A stretch of 64,000 bases of DNA from Eledone cirrhosa (Eukaryota), in contig OZ024744.1 in assembly GCA_964016885.1 (NCBI GenBank), positions 123,008,001 to 123,072,000 on the forward strand, in the 5' to 3' direction. Position 1 is the stretch's first letter. Each line of letters begins with the position of its first letter. The notes under the pieces are model-generated. The model was given only the letters and a program-made list of their open reading frames with translations. It had not been told where the DNA came from and searched no databases. The position numbers and the translations under genes are program-made. Below are positions 48,109 to 61,500 of the stretch, in pieces.

Positions 48109-51100
48109 GACGACCGGACATGCGATAGATCGTCGGTAAGCTTTTGTAAAATTTTCTATACAAAAACAGAAATTATTGTGTGAACATTTATATTGTTTGA
48201 TAGATTAACACCCATGCTGAATTGTCAGTTTTCGCCCCACAGGTGTGGAAATTTTATTTTAAAAATGTTCAAAATTTTAATTTTTTTTGCTATCGATAAT
48301 CGCTAGCTTAGTAGAAGCAATGCTACCGAACGCAGACAAATAAAGTAGAGAGAGAGAAATGCAGAGAGTAACGTTACTGCAACTCCTGCCTACATAGGCG
48401 TCACTATGGAGACAAATAGTGACAACAAAGTTTTGTTTTGCCAAGAAACCGACAAATGCAACTTACAAGATGGACCACACAGCTTACAACAGACATCAAA
48501 AACCACAAAAAAAAAAAAATGAAATAATAGACACAACTACAAACGGAAAACCCGACAACCACAACAACCACAACAATACCAAAAGATAACTTTTAAAAAC
48601 AGTCACAAATAATAATAACGTTTCCTCTAACTCCGCATGTATTGGCTTCATCATGGAAAACAATATGGAGTACAAAAATAAAAACAAGATTGAACCACAC
48701 AGTGTACAACAGACCCCAAAAAACAACATAAAAAAACAACAGAAAATAAAACCATTGACACAACTACAAACGGAAAAACCGACAACCATAACAACAACAC
48801 CAAAAAAACTTTTGCGCAAACAGTCATCAACAAACAAAATTTCAAGGATCTCGATATCTCCAATGCGAAACAGATGCTCTCTGAAGCAAAGGAGTTTATC
48901 ACTTTCGGTGAAAACGGTGGATTTCAAATAAACTCACTCCCAGAAATATAACTGGAAACATTTCGAAGGACAATTACCTTCAGAACTGTTTCAAATGAAA
49001 CAAAACAACCACCATTCCTCAGTCAAGGGGAAATTGAGGCAACCTTGAAAGAGATATTGCCAGACATTGATTTTATGCAGAGGGCCAAACAGTACGGGAG
49101 TATTTCGGTACTCCTCAAAAGCGAGGCCCTTGCACAAAGATACTCAGTGACGCCAATACTATAAAAAAAATACACCTTTTCCCCTACATACCTGGGAAAA
49201 AGGACACATAAGATCAGAATTACAAACATACCAACAAATATTAATATTTGGTGGATATTGGCAGGATTTTTGATGGAGAGAAAAGACACCATTCTCTTCA
49301 TCAAAAAGTTAACCAGACACACCTGGTCTCGTAAAAATTTGGAGATTCTGGTGCAAATGAGCCCGGAAAGAATCTCCCGAATACCAGAAAAAGTGATGGT
49401 GGACAACAACAGCCACGTAAGCATTTCGGTTGAGGGACACCTAAATGTCTCCCGCCCTTTACAAACACGCTCAACCAAAACAATACAAAGGAAAACACTG
49501 TTACCAACACCAAAACAACTACCACCACAACAACAACAACACACGAAACAAATAAACACACCAAAACAAATAGCCGCACAACCAACAACAACAGAAAAAA
49601 ACACAGGCAACACCCCTGAAGAACACAGCCCCATCCCATCCTGCTCCATCAAACACTACAACAAACACACACACCGAAACACCACCACCACACAACATAC
49701 CCCTACCCCCACACTCCTGACGATGATTATTCATTAACAGATGAGGCTGCTTCTCCTTCTTTAAGTGAAGAATGAGAGCCTCGGAAATAAAAAAAAACAA
49801 AAAAAAAGGCACACCGCAAAACCCCCAAAACTCCAAACACCAACACCAACACACAACCACAGACACAAACAACAACACAAACAACACCTCAGTCAAACAT
49901 CCCCCTACCAGCAAAATCAACACCAGCACCACCCCAAACACAAGCATCCACCATAAAACGAAAACTCCCGAACGAACAACAAACAATAACAACACAAACA
50001 ATAATACGCATACAAGAGTTTGATGGAGCTCATCTTTCCAAACCCCAAGGTGGAGGCGGAGGGCAACATTTTCGTGAAAGCAGAATCGTCTCCACACCTT
50101 AAACTTATAAGGGTTTCTATGAAGACCTATAGCGACCTGAAAAATAAATTTTCGCAGGTCGTGGGCAACCCCTGCCAGAAACCCATGAACCATGTCCTGT
50201 TGAAATGTTTCCCCACCCCACTCAACACCCCCTCCAGCACCCTAATGGAGATTGAACAACCCGATCTCCAGGAAACGAAAAGGTAAGTCCATCTTTTCGT
50301 CATTTTTCTCCAACTCTTCTCCACAAACATGGCTAGTTTACGAGTTGGAAGCGTGAATGTGTGTGGCCTAGGGATGCCCTAGAAACAGGGCCAACTTTAA
50401 ACGACCTTAGGTCACACGGTATAGATGTGATAGCCATCACCGAGTCCAGGATCCACAACAGGCAGCAACTAAACCCCATCTTCAATGACTTTGAGATCTA
50501 CGCATCTCTCTGGCAGCCGGGAGGTGGAGGTGGACTGGCTGTCATGTTTCGGAAAAACTTGGACCCGGAGGGTAGACTGGTAGTCCTAGACGTAAACAGT
50601 ATTGGAGGTGGAGCCTTCAGACTGGTGGCCGTTTATGCCCCGACCGGGCAATCGCAATCGCGGCCAAGCTTCTTTAAGTGTCTAGAGTCTTTACTGGGAA
50701 CGTCTCGCTCCTTACTTTTAGTGGGGGACTGGAATGGTATCCTAGATACACGATGGGACTATGTGGGAGCATATCCCAATAGAGCGGGGTGCAACAGCCT
50801 CAAAAATCTAATCGGCCAATTCCAACTGGCCGATAGGTATCGACTAGATTTCCCGACTGCACCACAGTGGACGTGGGCAAACCACAGCAAGACATCTAGA
50901 TCATATTTAGACAGGTTCTTTATTAGAGAGAGAGACAAGAAGATGTTAAGCTGTCCACAAATGCACATGGTTGCCTATTCAAACCACAAACTAGTCATAT
51001 GCATAGTCAACCGTGATAGAATACATAGACAACGACCCGGATACTGGAAGCTGAACGTATCGCTACCGACACGTAAAGCCTACAGTGAACGGATAAGTAG

Positions 51101-53760
51101 ATTAGTTAAGCAACAATTGACGGGAACCATCGTCAACAACAGATGGTGGTACTCCCTCAAGAAAGCAATTAGAGTAGAGTCGATAGACTTTAGCAGAGAG
51201 TTAGCCTTAGAGAAAAACAAAACAGAAACAGAACTAGTAGCCAGGGTAGAAGAGGCGCTTAGGGGGTGAAACGTAGCTAGTGTGCTAGCAACGAGAACGG
51301 CACTGCACCAGTTCTTCGACGCGAAACACGAAGGCTGCGTGGTCAGAAGTAAATCGCGTGCTCTAGGAAACGAAGGAGCAAAAGCTTTTAGCTGGGCCCG
51401 AGTGGTAGAGGCGAAAAGTGGCAAACAGGCCATGATTCGATCTTTGAAAGACCAAAACGGACGCATGCTGCTTAACCCCAAGCGGATGTGCGCGGCCTTT
51501 CAGCGGCACTTTGCGCAACTGTTCGAGCAGAGTGGCGGTGCGTCGAACGGGGCAATGGACTTCGGTTCATACCTCGACGGCCTGCCGCGTCTCTTGAGCA
51601 TGGACGCCGAGTTCTGCGAAAGACCGATCACAGACACTAGATACGGGACGCTCTGGGCCGCTGCGGGAAACGCAAATCACCCGGTCTAGATGGTCTACCC
51701 TATGAGTTTTATATAGGCATGCCGGACTTTTCTCTGGCATCCTCGAGGCCGTCTACTGCAACTGGCAACAGAACGGGAGAATTCCCAGTTCTGCAGGCAG
51801 GGGCGTAGGAACGCTGATCAGGAAAGGTGACAACAAGGGGGACGAACTAAGCAACTTTAGGCCCATAACTCTGCTCAACAAGGTTGGCGCTTGCCGAAGA
51901 GAACCTGATAGGGAAAGCGCTAACGTGTGCAATCCCGACCAGGTCCATACACGACAACCTCCACCTCATGCGATACATCATAGAGAGGGTAGGTGTAAAC
52001 CCGGCTTTGGTGGGGCTCTGATCAATTTAGATCAGTCTAAGGCGTTCGATAGGGTCGACCATCGATACTTGGAAGCGGTTCTAAAGGCGGCCGGTTTCGG
52101 ACCCGTCTTCAGAGGCTGGATCACCGCAATGCACACCAACATCTGCTCGATGCTCAAGGTGAATGGCTACCTATCGGAGCCGTTCGCAATCACGCGTTCC
52201 ATTCGACGTGGGATGCCCTCTCTCCTCCATTCTGTACGTACTGACTCTAGAGCCACTACTGCGGAAGCTGGAGCTGCTGCAGGGCAAGTCTGTCGGTTTG
52301 CAACTCGGAACGTGGAGAGGCAAACCGATGCCGTCCGGCAGCGTCGGCGGACGGACCAGTGAAATTGCGGGGAGTCTGGTTAGGTCCGGACCTCCAGGTG
52401 GAGTAAAACTGGAACGAGGTCACGACCAAGGTATTTGCGCTCACCCAGAAATGGGCAGAGTGCAAACTCTCCTTGAAAGGTCGAGCGGAGGTGGCCAACA
52501 CTTTCATAGCGTCCGTCATCTACTACCGCTTGACCGTCGTGCCTTGTCCCCGTGAACACCTCACCAAGATGGAACGCATGCTCTTCCAGTTCCTTTGCAA
52601 GAAGCAGGCTCCACTGGTGAGGAGATCCATCTGCTGTCAGCACCATTCCAACGGAGGGCTGGGCGTGCCATGGCTGATGATGCGCAAACATGCGCTGAAG
52701 CTACGGCATGTACAGGTATTCCTCACCGACCCCCAACTGGTGTGGGCACCGTTTGTGAGACAAGCCTTCCCGCAACTTGTCTCGCTGACGGAGCTGCAGT
52801 CCTGGGTCAAGCGAAGACCGAAGAAAATGGGCGCCTGGCACATTGAATGCGCTCAGGCGCTCACAGTCCTCTGACAAGCTGGCACGGCAATCAGTGGACA
52901 TTCTATAGAGGATTAGTACGTTACAAGGGCGACGACGTGCTCGGAGAGACTCTAGGCGTCGAACTCACCAGTCTGTTTGGTAGGACTTTCCACCCGGGAC
53001 CCACGGACAACTTCCAGAGGTCCCTGGGCTGGCAGTGCTACAGAGGAGCTCTACTAGTTCGTGACAAGATCTGCAGGCACGGACGCCCCAGCAGGGATCC
53101 TTCCAGGAGGATGTGTCCAAGATGCGCGCAGGACATTGAAACCGTCCTGCACGCAATTGTACATAACCGACCTCTGGAACTACGCAGAACAACTGCTGTC
53201 GCGTATGGGACAAATCCAGTTGACTGCCGAGTCCATAGTAAGGATCAAACTGCCAGGCTCTTTCAAAAACGAAAGAGATGCGGTTTTCCTCTGTACAGTG
53301 GCTATGGTGAAAGAGGTTATATGGTGGACGAGATTGAGAGGACTGAGGACAGATGCCTTTCTCTCCGGACAACAATTGATTCCTTTCTTTAAGTAACACT
53401 TTAGAAGGAGAATCAGGGTGGAGAGAGAGGCACTGCACCCCAGTAAATTTACTGAAAGGTGGGTGAATGAAGCGAAAATGTTCCCGAGTGATTGGGCCAT
53501 CTCTGTTTATAAGCCTGTAGGTTAAAGAAGAGAGCAAAAGAAAGAAAGGGGCACTTGCACAAAGTTGAAGGTTGTTCTATCTACGGGGTATTAAACAACC
53601 CATTTGTGCGCCTCGCCCCTATTGGGGATTTCGATTGTTATAATTGTTTGTTTCAATATTTTTACACGACTGTATGTAAAATCCCCGGCATGTGTCTTTG
53701 TATTGTCCCCTTTTCTTGTGCCCCCTTGTGGCAAATAAAGAAATATATCTATCTATCTAT
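48109..53760 (+). mobile_element. Tx1/L1-clade LINE copy 3 (subfamily A), full-length, decayed
   Basis: 5' UTR, ORF1 remnants to 50286, ORF2 50329-53520, AATAAA 53734, (TATC)n tail. Confidence 0.9.
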
Positions 53761-54792
53761 GTTTGCACTCACCCAGAAGTGGGCTGAGTGTAAAATCTCC
53801 TTGAAAGGTCGAGCAGAGGTGGCGAACACTTACATAGTGTCCGTCATCTACTACCGCTTGATAGTCGTGCCTTGTCCCCGCGAATACCTCACCAAAATGG
53901 AATGCCTATTCTTCAAGTTCCTCTGGAAGAAACAGGCTCCATTGGTGAGGAGAACCATCTACTGTCAACACCCTTCTAACGGAGGGCTGGGCACGCCGTG
54001 GTTGATGATGCGCAAACACGCGCTGAGGCTACGCCATCGCCAGGTATTCCAGACCGGCTAACCGGTATGGCTATCATTTGTGAGACGAGCTCTTCCACAA
54101 CTCGTCTCACTAACAGAGCTGCAGTCCTGGGTCAAGCGAAGACCGAAAATGGGCGCCTGGCACCTCGAGCGCCTTCAGGCGCTCACAGCCCTCTACCAAG
54201 CGGAAATGGCAATCAGCGGGGACTCCACTTCTACATTCTATAGGGGATTAGTGGAGGATAAGTGCGACTACGTTCTCGGGGAAACTCTAGGCATCGAGGA
54301 GGACGAACTGACCAGTCTGTTCGGGAGGACTTTCCTTTCAGGGCCTATGGATAACTTCCAGAGGTCTCTGGTCTGGCAGTGCTACGGAGGAGCTCTACCA
54401 GTTCGAGACAAAATCTACAGGCACGGACGCCCTGGCAGAGATCCTGCCAAAAGGACCTGTCTAAGATGCGAGTAGGACATCGAAACCATTCTGCATGCAA
54501 TTGTTCAGTGCCCAGGGGTGACCGACCTGTGGAATTAGTTCGAACAGCTACTGTCACGTGTGGGACGCATCCAGTTGTCAGCCGAGTCCATCGTGAGGAT
54601 CACTCCGCCGCCTTCATTTAAGAATGAAGGAGAGACGGTCTTCGTATGTCTGGTGGCTATGGCGAAAGAGGTAATATGGTGGACGAGGTTAAAAGGACTA
54701 AGGGCAAACACCTTTCTCTCCGGACAACAACTCATCCCCTTCTTTAAGTACCACTTCAGAAGGAAGGTGAGAGTGGAGAGAGAGAGGTGCTA
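53761..54792 (+). mobile_element. Tx1/L1-clade LINE copy 4 (subfamily B), internal ORF2 fragment
   Basis: Homologous to 46739-47768; begins directly after the tail of copy 3. Confidence 0.88.
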
Positions 54793-54799
54793 GAGAGAG

Positions 54800-55563
54800 A
54801 GGTACATTTGGACCCGGAAGGTCCACTGGTGGTCCTAGACGTTGACGGTAGTGAAGGCGGAGCCTTCAGGCTGGTGGCCGCATATGCCCCATCCGGGAGT
54901 CCGCGGCCAGACATTTTCAAACGTCTAGAGACTTTTCTGGGAACGTTCCGCTCCTTGCTTTTAGTGGGAGACTGGAATGGAATCCTATATGCACGTTGGG
55001 ACTATGTGGGAGGATGTCCCGATAAAGGGGGGTGTAACAGTCTCAAACAGTTAATAGATTTTCCGACTGTGCCACTGTGGACGTGGACTAATCGTAGAGG
55101 AACATCTAAATCGAACCTAGATAGGGTTCTAGTTAGAAATAAGCATAGGGACATGTTAAGTTGTCCACAAATGCTCATGGTTGCCTATTCAGATCACAAA
55201 CTAGTGACCTGCTTAGTCAACCTTGGTAGAACCCATAGGATGGACCAGGCTACTGGAAGCTGAACTTGTCGTTACCGACATGCAAAGCCTACAGTAGACG
55301 GATTAGCAATTTAGTTAAACAGCACTTCACAGGGGCAATTGTCAACAACAGATGGTGGTACTCTCTCAAGAGGCCAGTTAGATTAGACTCGTTAGTTTTT
55401 AGTAAAGAATTAGCGTTAGATAGAAATAGGACCGAGAAGGAACTGGTAGATAAAGTACAAGAGGCAATTAGAAGTGGCAACGTATTCAGTGTGCTAGCAA
55501 CGAGAACGGCCTTGGACCAGACCTTCGACGCAAAGCACGAGGGCTCTGTTGTCAGAAGCAAAA
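54800..55563 (+). mobile_element. Tx1/L1-clade LINE copy 5 (diverged variant), endonuclease-region fragment
   Basis: HLDPEG, AYAP, GDWNG, SDHKLV, YWKLN; ends abruptly at the satellite. Confidence 0.85.
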
Positions 55564-58500
55564 TGGTCATATAGGTATCATGACAATAAATATACAGTAC
55601 ATACTGTAAAGTAGTCATGTAGGTGTCACAACAAAAAGTACCCAATACACACTGTAAAGTGGTCATGTAGGTGTCACAACAAAAAGTACCAAATACACAG
55701 TGTAAAGTGGTCATGTAGGTGTCACAACAAAAAGTACCCAGTCCACACTGTAAAGTGGTCATGTAGATGTCACAACAAAAAGTACCCAGTACACACTGTA
55801 AAGTGGTCAAGTAGATGTCACAACAAAAAGTACCCAGTACACACTGTAAAGTGGTCAAGTAGATGTCACGATAAAAAGTAATAGTAGACACCGTCAAGAT
55901 GTCATGTAGGAGTCACAAAAAAAGTATTAGTCCACACTATAAAGAGGTCAGTACACATTGTAAAATTGTCATGTAGGTGTCACATCAAATAGTACCCAGT
56001 ACACACTGTAAAGTGGTCATGTAGGTGTCACAACAAAACGTACCCAGTACACGCTGTAAAATAGACATGTAGGTGTCATAATAAAATGTACCAAGTACAC
56101 ACTGTAAAGTGGTTATGTAGGTGTCACAACAAAAAGTACCCAGTACACACTGTAAAGTGGTTATGTAGGTGTCACAACAAAAAGTATCCAATACTCACTG
56201 TGAAGTGGTCATGTAGGTGTCACAACAAAAAGTACCCAGTACACACTATAAAGAGGTCATGTAGGTGTCACAACAAAAAGTACCCAGTACACACTGTAAA
56301 GTGATCAAGATGGTGTGACAACAAAATTATCCAGTTCACTATGTAAAGTGGTCATGTAGGTGTCACAACAAAAAGTACTCAGTCCACACTGTAAAGTCAT
56401 GTAGGTGTGACAACAAAAAGTACCCAGTACACACTGTAAAGTGGTCATGTAGGTGTCACAAAAAAGTACCCAGTACACACTGTAAAGTAGTCATGTAGGT
56501 GTCACAACAAAAAGTACCATCTACAACTGTAAAGTGGTCATGCAGGGGTCACAACAAAAATTACTCAGTACACACTGTAAAGTGGTCATGCAGGGGTCAC
56601 AACAAAAAGTACCCAGTACACACTGTAAAGATGTCATGTCGGTGTCACAACAAAAAGTACCCAGTACACACTGTAAAGTGGTCATGTAAGTGTCCGAACA
56701 AAAAGTACTCAGTACACACTGTAAAGTTGTCATGTATGTGTCACAACAAAAAGTACCCAGTACACACTGTAAAGTGGTCATGTATGTGTCACAACAAAAA
56801 GTACCCAGTACACACTGTAAAGCGATCATGATGGTGTCACAACAAAAAGTACACAGTACACACTGTAAAGTGATCATGTATGTGTCACAACAAAAGGTAC
56901 CCAGTACACACTGTAAAGTGGTCAAGTAGATGTCAAAACAAAAAGTAATAGTAGACACCGTCAAGATGTCATGTAGGTGTCACAACAAAAAGTACCATCT
57001 ACCACTGTAAAGTGGTCATGTAGGTGTCACAACAAAAAGTACCATCTACCACTGTAAAGTAGTCATGCAGGTGTCACAACAAAACGTACCCAGTACACAC
57101 TGTAAAGTAGTCATGTATGTTTCACAATAGAAAGTACCCAGTACACTGTAAAGTGGTCGTGTAGATGTCACAACAAAAAGCACCCAGTCTACACTGTAAA
57201 GTGGTCATGTAGGTGTCACAACAAAAAGTACCCACTACACACTCTAAAGAGGTCATGTACGTGTCACAATATAAAGTACACAATACACACTGTAAAGTTG
57301 TCATGTAGGTGTCACAACAAAAATTACCATCTACCACTGTAAAGTGGTCATGTAGGTGTCACAACAAAAAGTACCTAGTACACACTGTAAAGTAGTCATG
57401 TAGGTTTCACAATATAAAGTACCCAGTACACACTGTAAAGTGGTCATGTGGGTGTCACAACAAAAAGTACCCAGTACACGTGTAAAGTGGTCATGTAGGT
57501 GTCACAACAAAAATTACACAGTACACACTGTAAAGTAGTCATGTAGGTTTCACAAAAGAAAGTACGCGGTACACATTATAAAGTGGTCACAACAAAATGT
57601 ACAAAGTACACACTGTAAAGTGGTTATGTAGGTGTCACAACAAAAAGTACCCAGTCCACACTATAAAAAGATCATGTCGGTGGCACAACAAAAAGGACCC
57701 AGTACACACTGTAAAGTAGTCATGTATGTTTCACAATAGAAAGTACCCAGTACACTGTAATGTGGTCATCTAGATGTCACAACAAAAAGCACCCAGCCTA
57801 CACTGTAAAGTGGTCATGTAGGTGTCACAACAAAATGTAAGCAGTACCCACTGTAAAGTTGTCATGTAGGGGTCACAACAAAAAGTACCCAGTACACACT
57901 GTAAAGTGATCAAGATGGTGTGACAACAAAATTATCCAGTTCACTATGTAAAGTGGTCATGTAGGTGTCACAACAAAAAGTACTCAGTCCACACTGTAAA
58001 GTCATGTAGGTGTGACAACAAAAAGTACCCAGTACACACTGTAAAGTGGTCATGTAGGTGTCACAAAAAAGTACCCAGTACACACTGTAAAGTAGTCATG
58101 TAGGTGTCACAACAAAAAGTACCATCTACAACTGTAAAGTGGTCATGAAGGAGTCACAACAAAAATTACTCAGTACACACTGTAAAGTGGTCATGCAGGG
58201 GTCACAACAAAAAGTACCCAGTACACACTGTAAAGTGGTCATGTAAGTGTCCCAACAAAAAGTACTCAGTACACACTGTAAAGTTGTCATGTATGTGTCA
58301 CAACAAAAAGTACCCAATACACACTGTAAAGTGGTCATGTATGTGTCACAACAAAAAGTACCCAGTACACACTGTAAAGCGATCATGATGGGGTCACAAC
58401 AAAAAGTACACAGTACACACTGTAAAGTGATCATGTATGTGTCACAACAAAAGGTACCCAGTACACACTGTAAAATGGTCAAGTAGATGTCAAAACAAAA

Positions 58501-61500
58501 AGTAATAGTAGACACCGTCAAGATGTCATGTAGGTGTCACAACAAAAAGTACCATCTACCACTGTAAAGTGGTCATGTAGGTGTCACAACAAAAAGTACC
58601 ATCTACCACTGTAAAGTAGTCATGCAGGTGTCACAACAAAAAGTACCCAGTACACTGTAAAGTGGTCGTGTAGATGTCACAACAAAAAGCACCCAGTCTA
58701 CACTGTAAAGTGGTCATGTAGGTGTCACAACAAAAAGTACCCACTACACACTCTAAAGAGGTCATGTACGTGTCACAATATAAAGTACACAATACACACT
58801 GTAAAGTTGTCATGTAGGTGTCACAACAAAAATTACCATCTACCACTGTAAAGTGGTCATGTAGGTGTCACAACAAAAAGTACCTAGTACACACTGTAAA
58901 GTAGTCATGTAGGTTTCACAATATAAAGTACCCAGTACACACTGTAAAGTGGTCATGTGGGTGTCACAACAAAAAGTACCCAGTACACGTGTAAAGTGGT
59001 CATGTAGGTGTCACAACAAAAATTACACAGTACACACTGTAAAGTAGTCATGTAAGTTTCACAAAAGAAAGTACGCAGTACACATTATAAAGTGGTCACA
59101 ACAAAATGTACAAAGTACACACTGTAAAGTGGTTATGTAGGTGTCACAACAAAAAGTACCCAGTCCACACTATAAAAAGATCATGTCGGTGGCACAACAA
59201 AAAGGACCCAGTACACACTGTAAAGTAGTCATGTATATTTCACAATAGAAAGTACCCAGTACACTGTAATGTGGTCATGTAGATGTCACAACAAAAAGCA
59301 CCCAGCCTACACTGTAAAGTGGTCATGTAGGTGTCACAAAAGAAAGTACGCAGTACACACTATAAAGTCTTCATGTAGGTGTCACAACAAAAAGTACCTA
59401 GTACACACTGTAAAGTGGTCCTGTAGGTGTCACAACAAAAAGTACCCAGTACACATTGTAAAGTGGTCATGTAGGTGTCATGACAACAAATACGCAGTAC
59501 ATACTATAAAGACATCATGTAGATGTCACAACAAAAAGTACTCAGTACACAGTATAAAGTGGTCATGTACGTGTCACAACAAAAAGTACCCAGTACACGC
59601 TGTAAAATAGTCATGTAGGTGTCATATCAAAAAGTACCCAGTACACACTGTAAAGTGGTTATGTAGGTGTCACAACAAAAAGTACCCAGCCCACACTATA
59701 AAAAGGACATGTAGGTGTCACAATAAAATGTACCATCTACCACTGTAAATTGTTCATGCAGGTGTCACAACAAAATGTACCATCTACCACTGTAAAGTGG
59801 CCATGTAGGTGTCACAACACAAATTACCCAGTCGAAACTATAAAGAGATCATGTAGGTGTCATAACAAAAATTACATAGTACACACTCTAAAGTTGTCAT
59901 GTAGATGTCACAACAAAATGTACCATCTACCACTGTAAAGTGGTCATGCAGGTGTCACAACAAAATACTCAGTACACACTGTAAAGTTGTCATGTAGGTG
60001 TCAGAACAAAAAGTACCATCTACCACTGTAAAGTGGTCATGCAGGTGTCACAACAAAATTACCTAGTCCACATTGTAAAGTAGTCATGTAGGTTTTACAA
60101 TAGAAAGTACCCAGTACACACTGTAAAGTAGACATCTGGGTGTCACAACAAAATGTACCCAGTACACGCTGTAAAGTAGTCATATAGGTGTCATTTCAAA
60201 AAGTACCCAATACTCACTGTAAAGTGTTCATGTAGGTGTCACAACATAAATACATAGTACACACTGTAAAGTGGTCATGTAGGTGTCACAACAAAAAGTA
60301 TCTAGTACACACTATAAAGTGGTGATGTAGGTCTAACAACAAAAAGTATCCAGTACATAAAAAAGTCATGTAGGTGACAACAAAATGTACTCAGTACCCA
60401 CTGTAAAGTTGTCATATAGGGGTCACAACAAAAATACCCAGTACACACTGTAAAGTGGTCATGTAGGTGTCACAACAAAAATTACCCAGTCTAAACTATA
60501 AAGAGATCATATAGGTTTCACAAAAGAAAGTACGCAATACACACTATAAAGTGTTCATGTAGGTGTCACAACAAAAAGTACCCAGTACACACTGTAAAGT
60601 GGTCATGTAGATGTCGCAACAAAAAGTACTCAGTACACACTGTAAAGTTGTCATGTAGGTGTCACAACAAAAAGTACCCAGTACACGCTGTAAAATAGTC
60701 ATGTAGGAGTCACAACAAAAAGTACCTGGTACACAGCGTAAAGTGGTCGTGTAGGTGTCACAACAAAAAGTACCCAATACACACTCTAAAGTAGTCATGT
60801 AGGTGTCACATCAAAAGGTACCCAGTACACACTGTAAAGTGTTATGCAGCTGTCACAACAAAAATTACACTGTCCACACTATAAAGAGGTCATGTAGGTG
60901 TCACAACAAGAAGTACCATCTACCACTGTAAAGTGTCATGCAGGTGTCACAACAAAACGTACCCTGTTCACACTATAAAGTGGTCATGTAGTTGTCACAA
61001 CAAAAATTACCCAGTCGAAACTATAAAGAGATCATGTAGGTGTCACAACAAAAAGTGCTGAGTACACACTGTAAAGTGGTCATGTAGGTGTCACAACAAA
61101 ATGTACCATCTACCACTGTAAAGTGGTCATGCAGGTGTCACAACAAAATACTCAGTACACACTGTAAAGTTGTCATGTAGGTGTAACAACAAAAAGTAAC
61201 ATCTACCACTGTAAAGTGGTCATGCAGGTGTCACAACAAAAAGTACTCAGTACACACTGTAAAGCAGTCATGTAGGTGTCACAACAAAAAGGATCCAGTA
61301 CACACTGTAAAGTAGTCATGTATGTTTCACAATAGAAAGAACCCAGTACTCTGTAAAGTGGTCATGTAGATGTCACAACAAAAAGCACCCAGTCTACACT
61401 GTAAAGTGGTCATGTAGTTGTCAAAACAAAAAGTACCTAGTACACACTATAAAGTGGTGATGTAGGTGTCACAACAAAAAGTATCCAGTACACACTATAA

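Noticed and set aside
48108-48140. CTGACGA at the LINE copy 2/3 junction as a hammerhead
   Set aside because: No downstream GAAA core; the motif is created by the junction.
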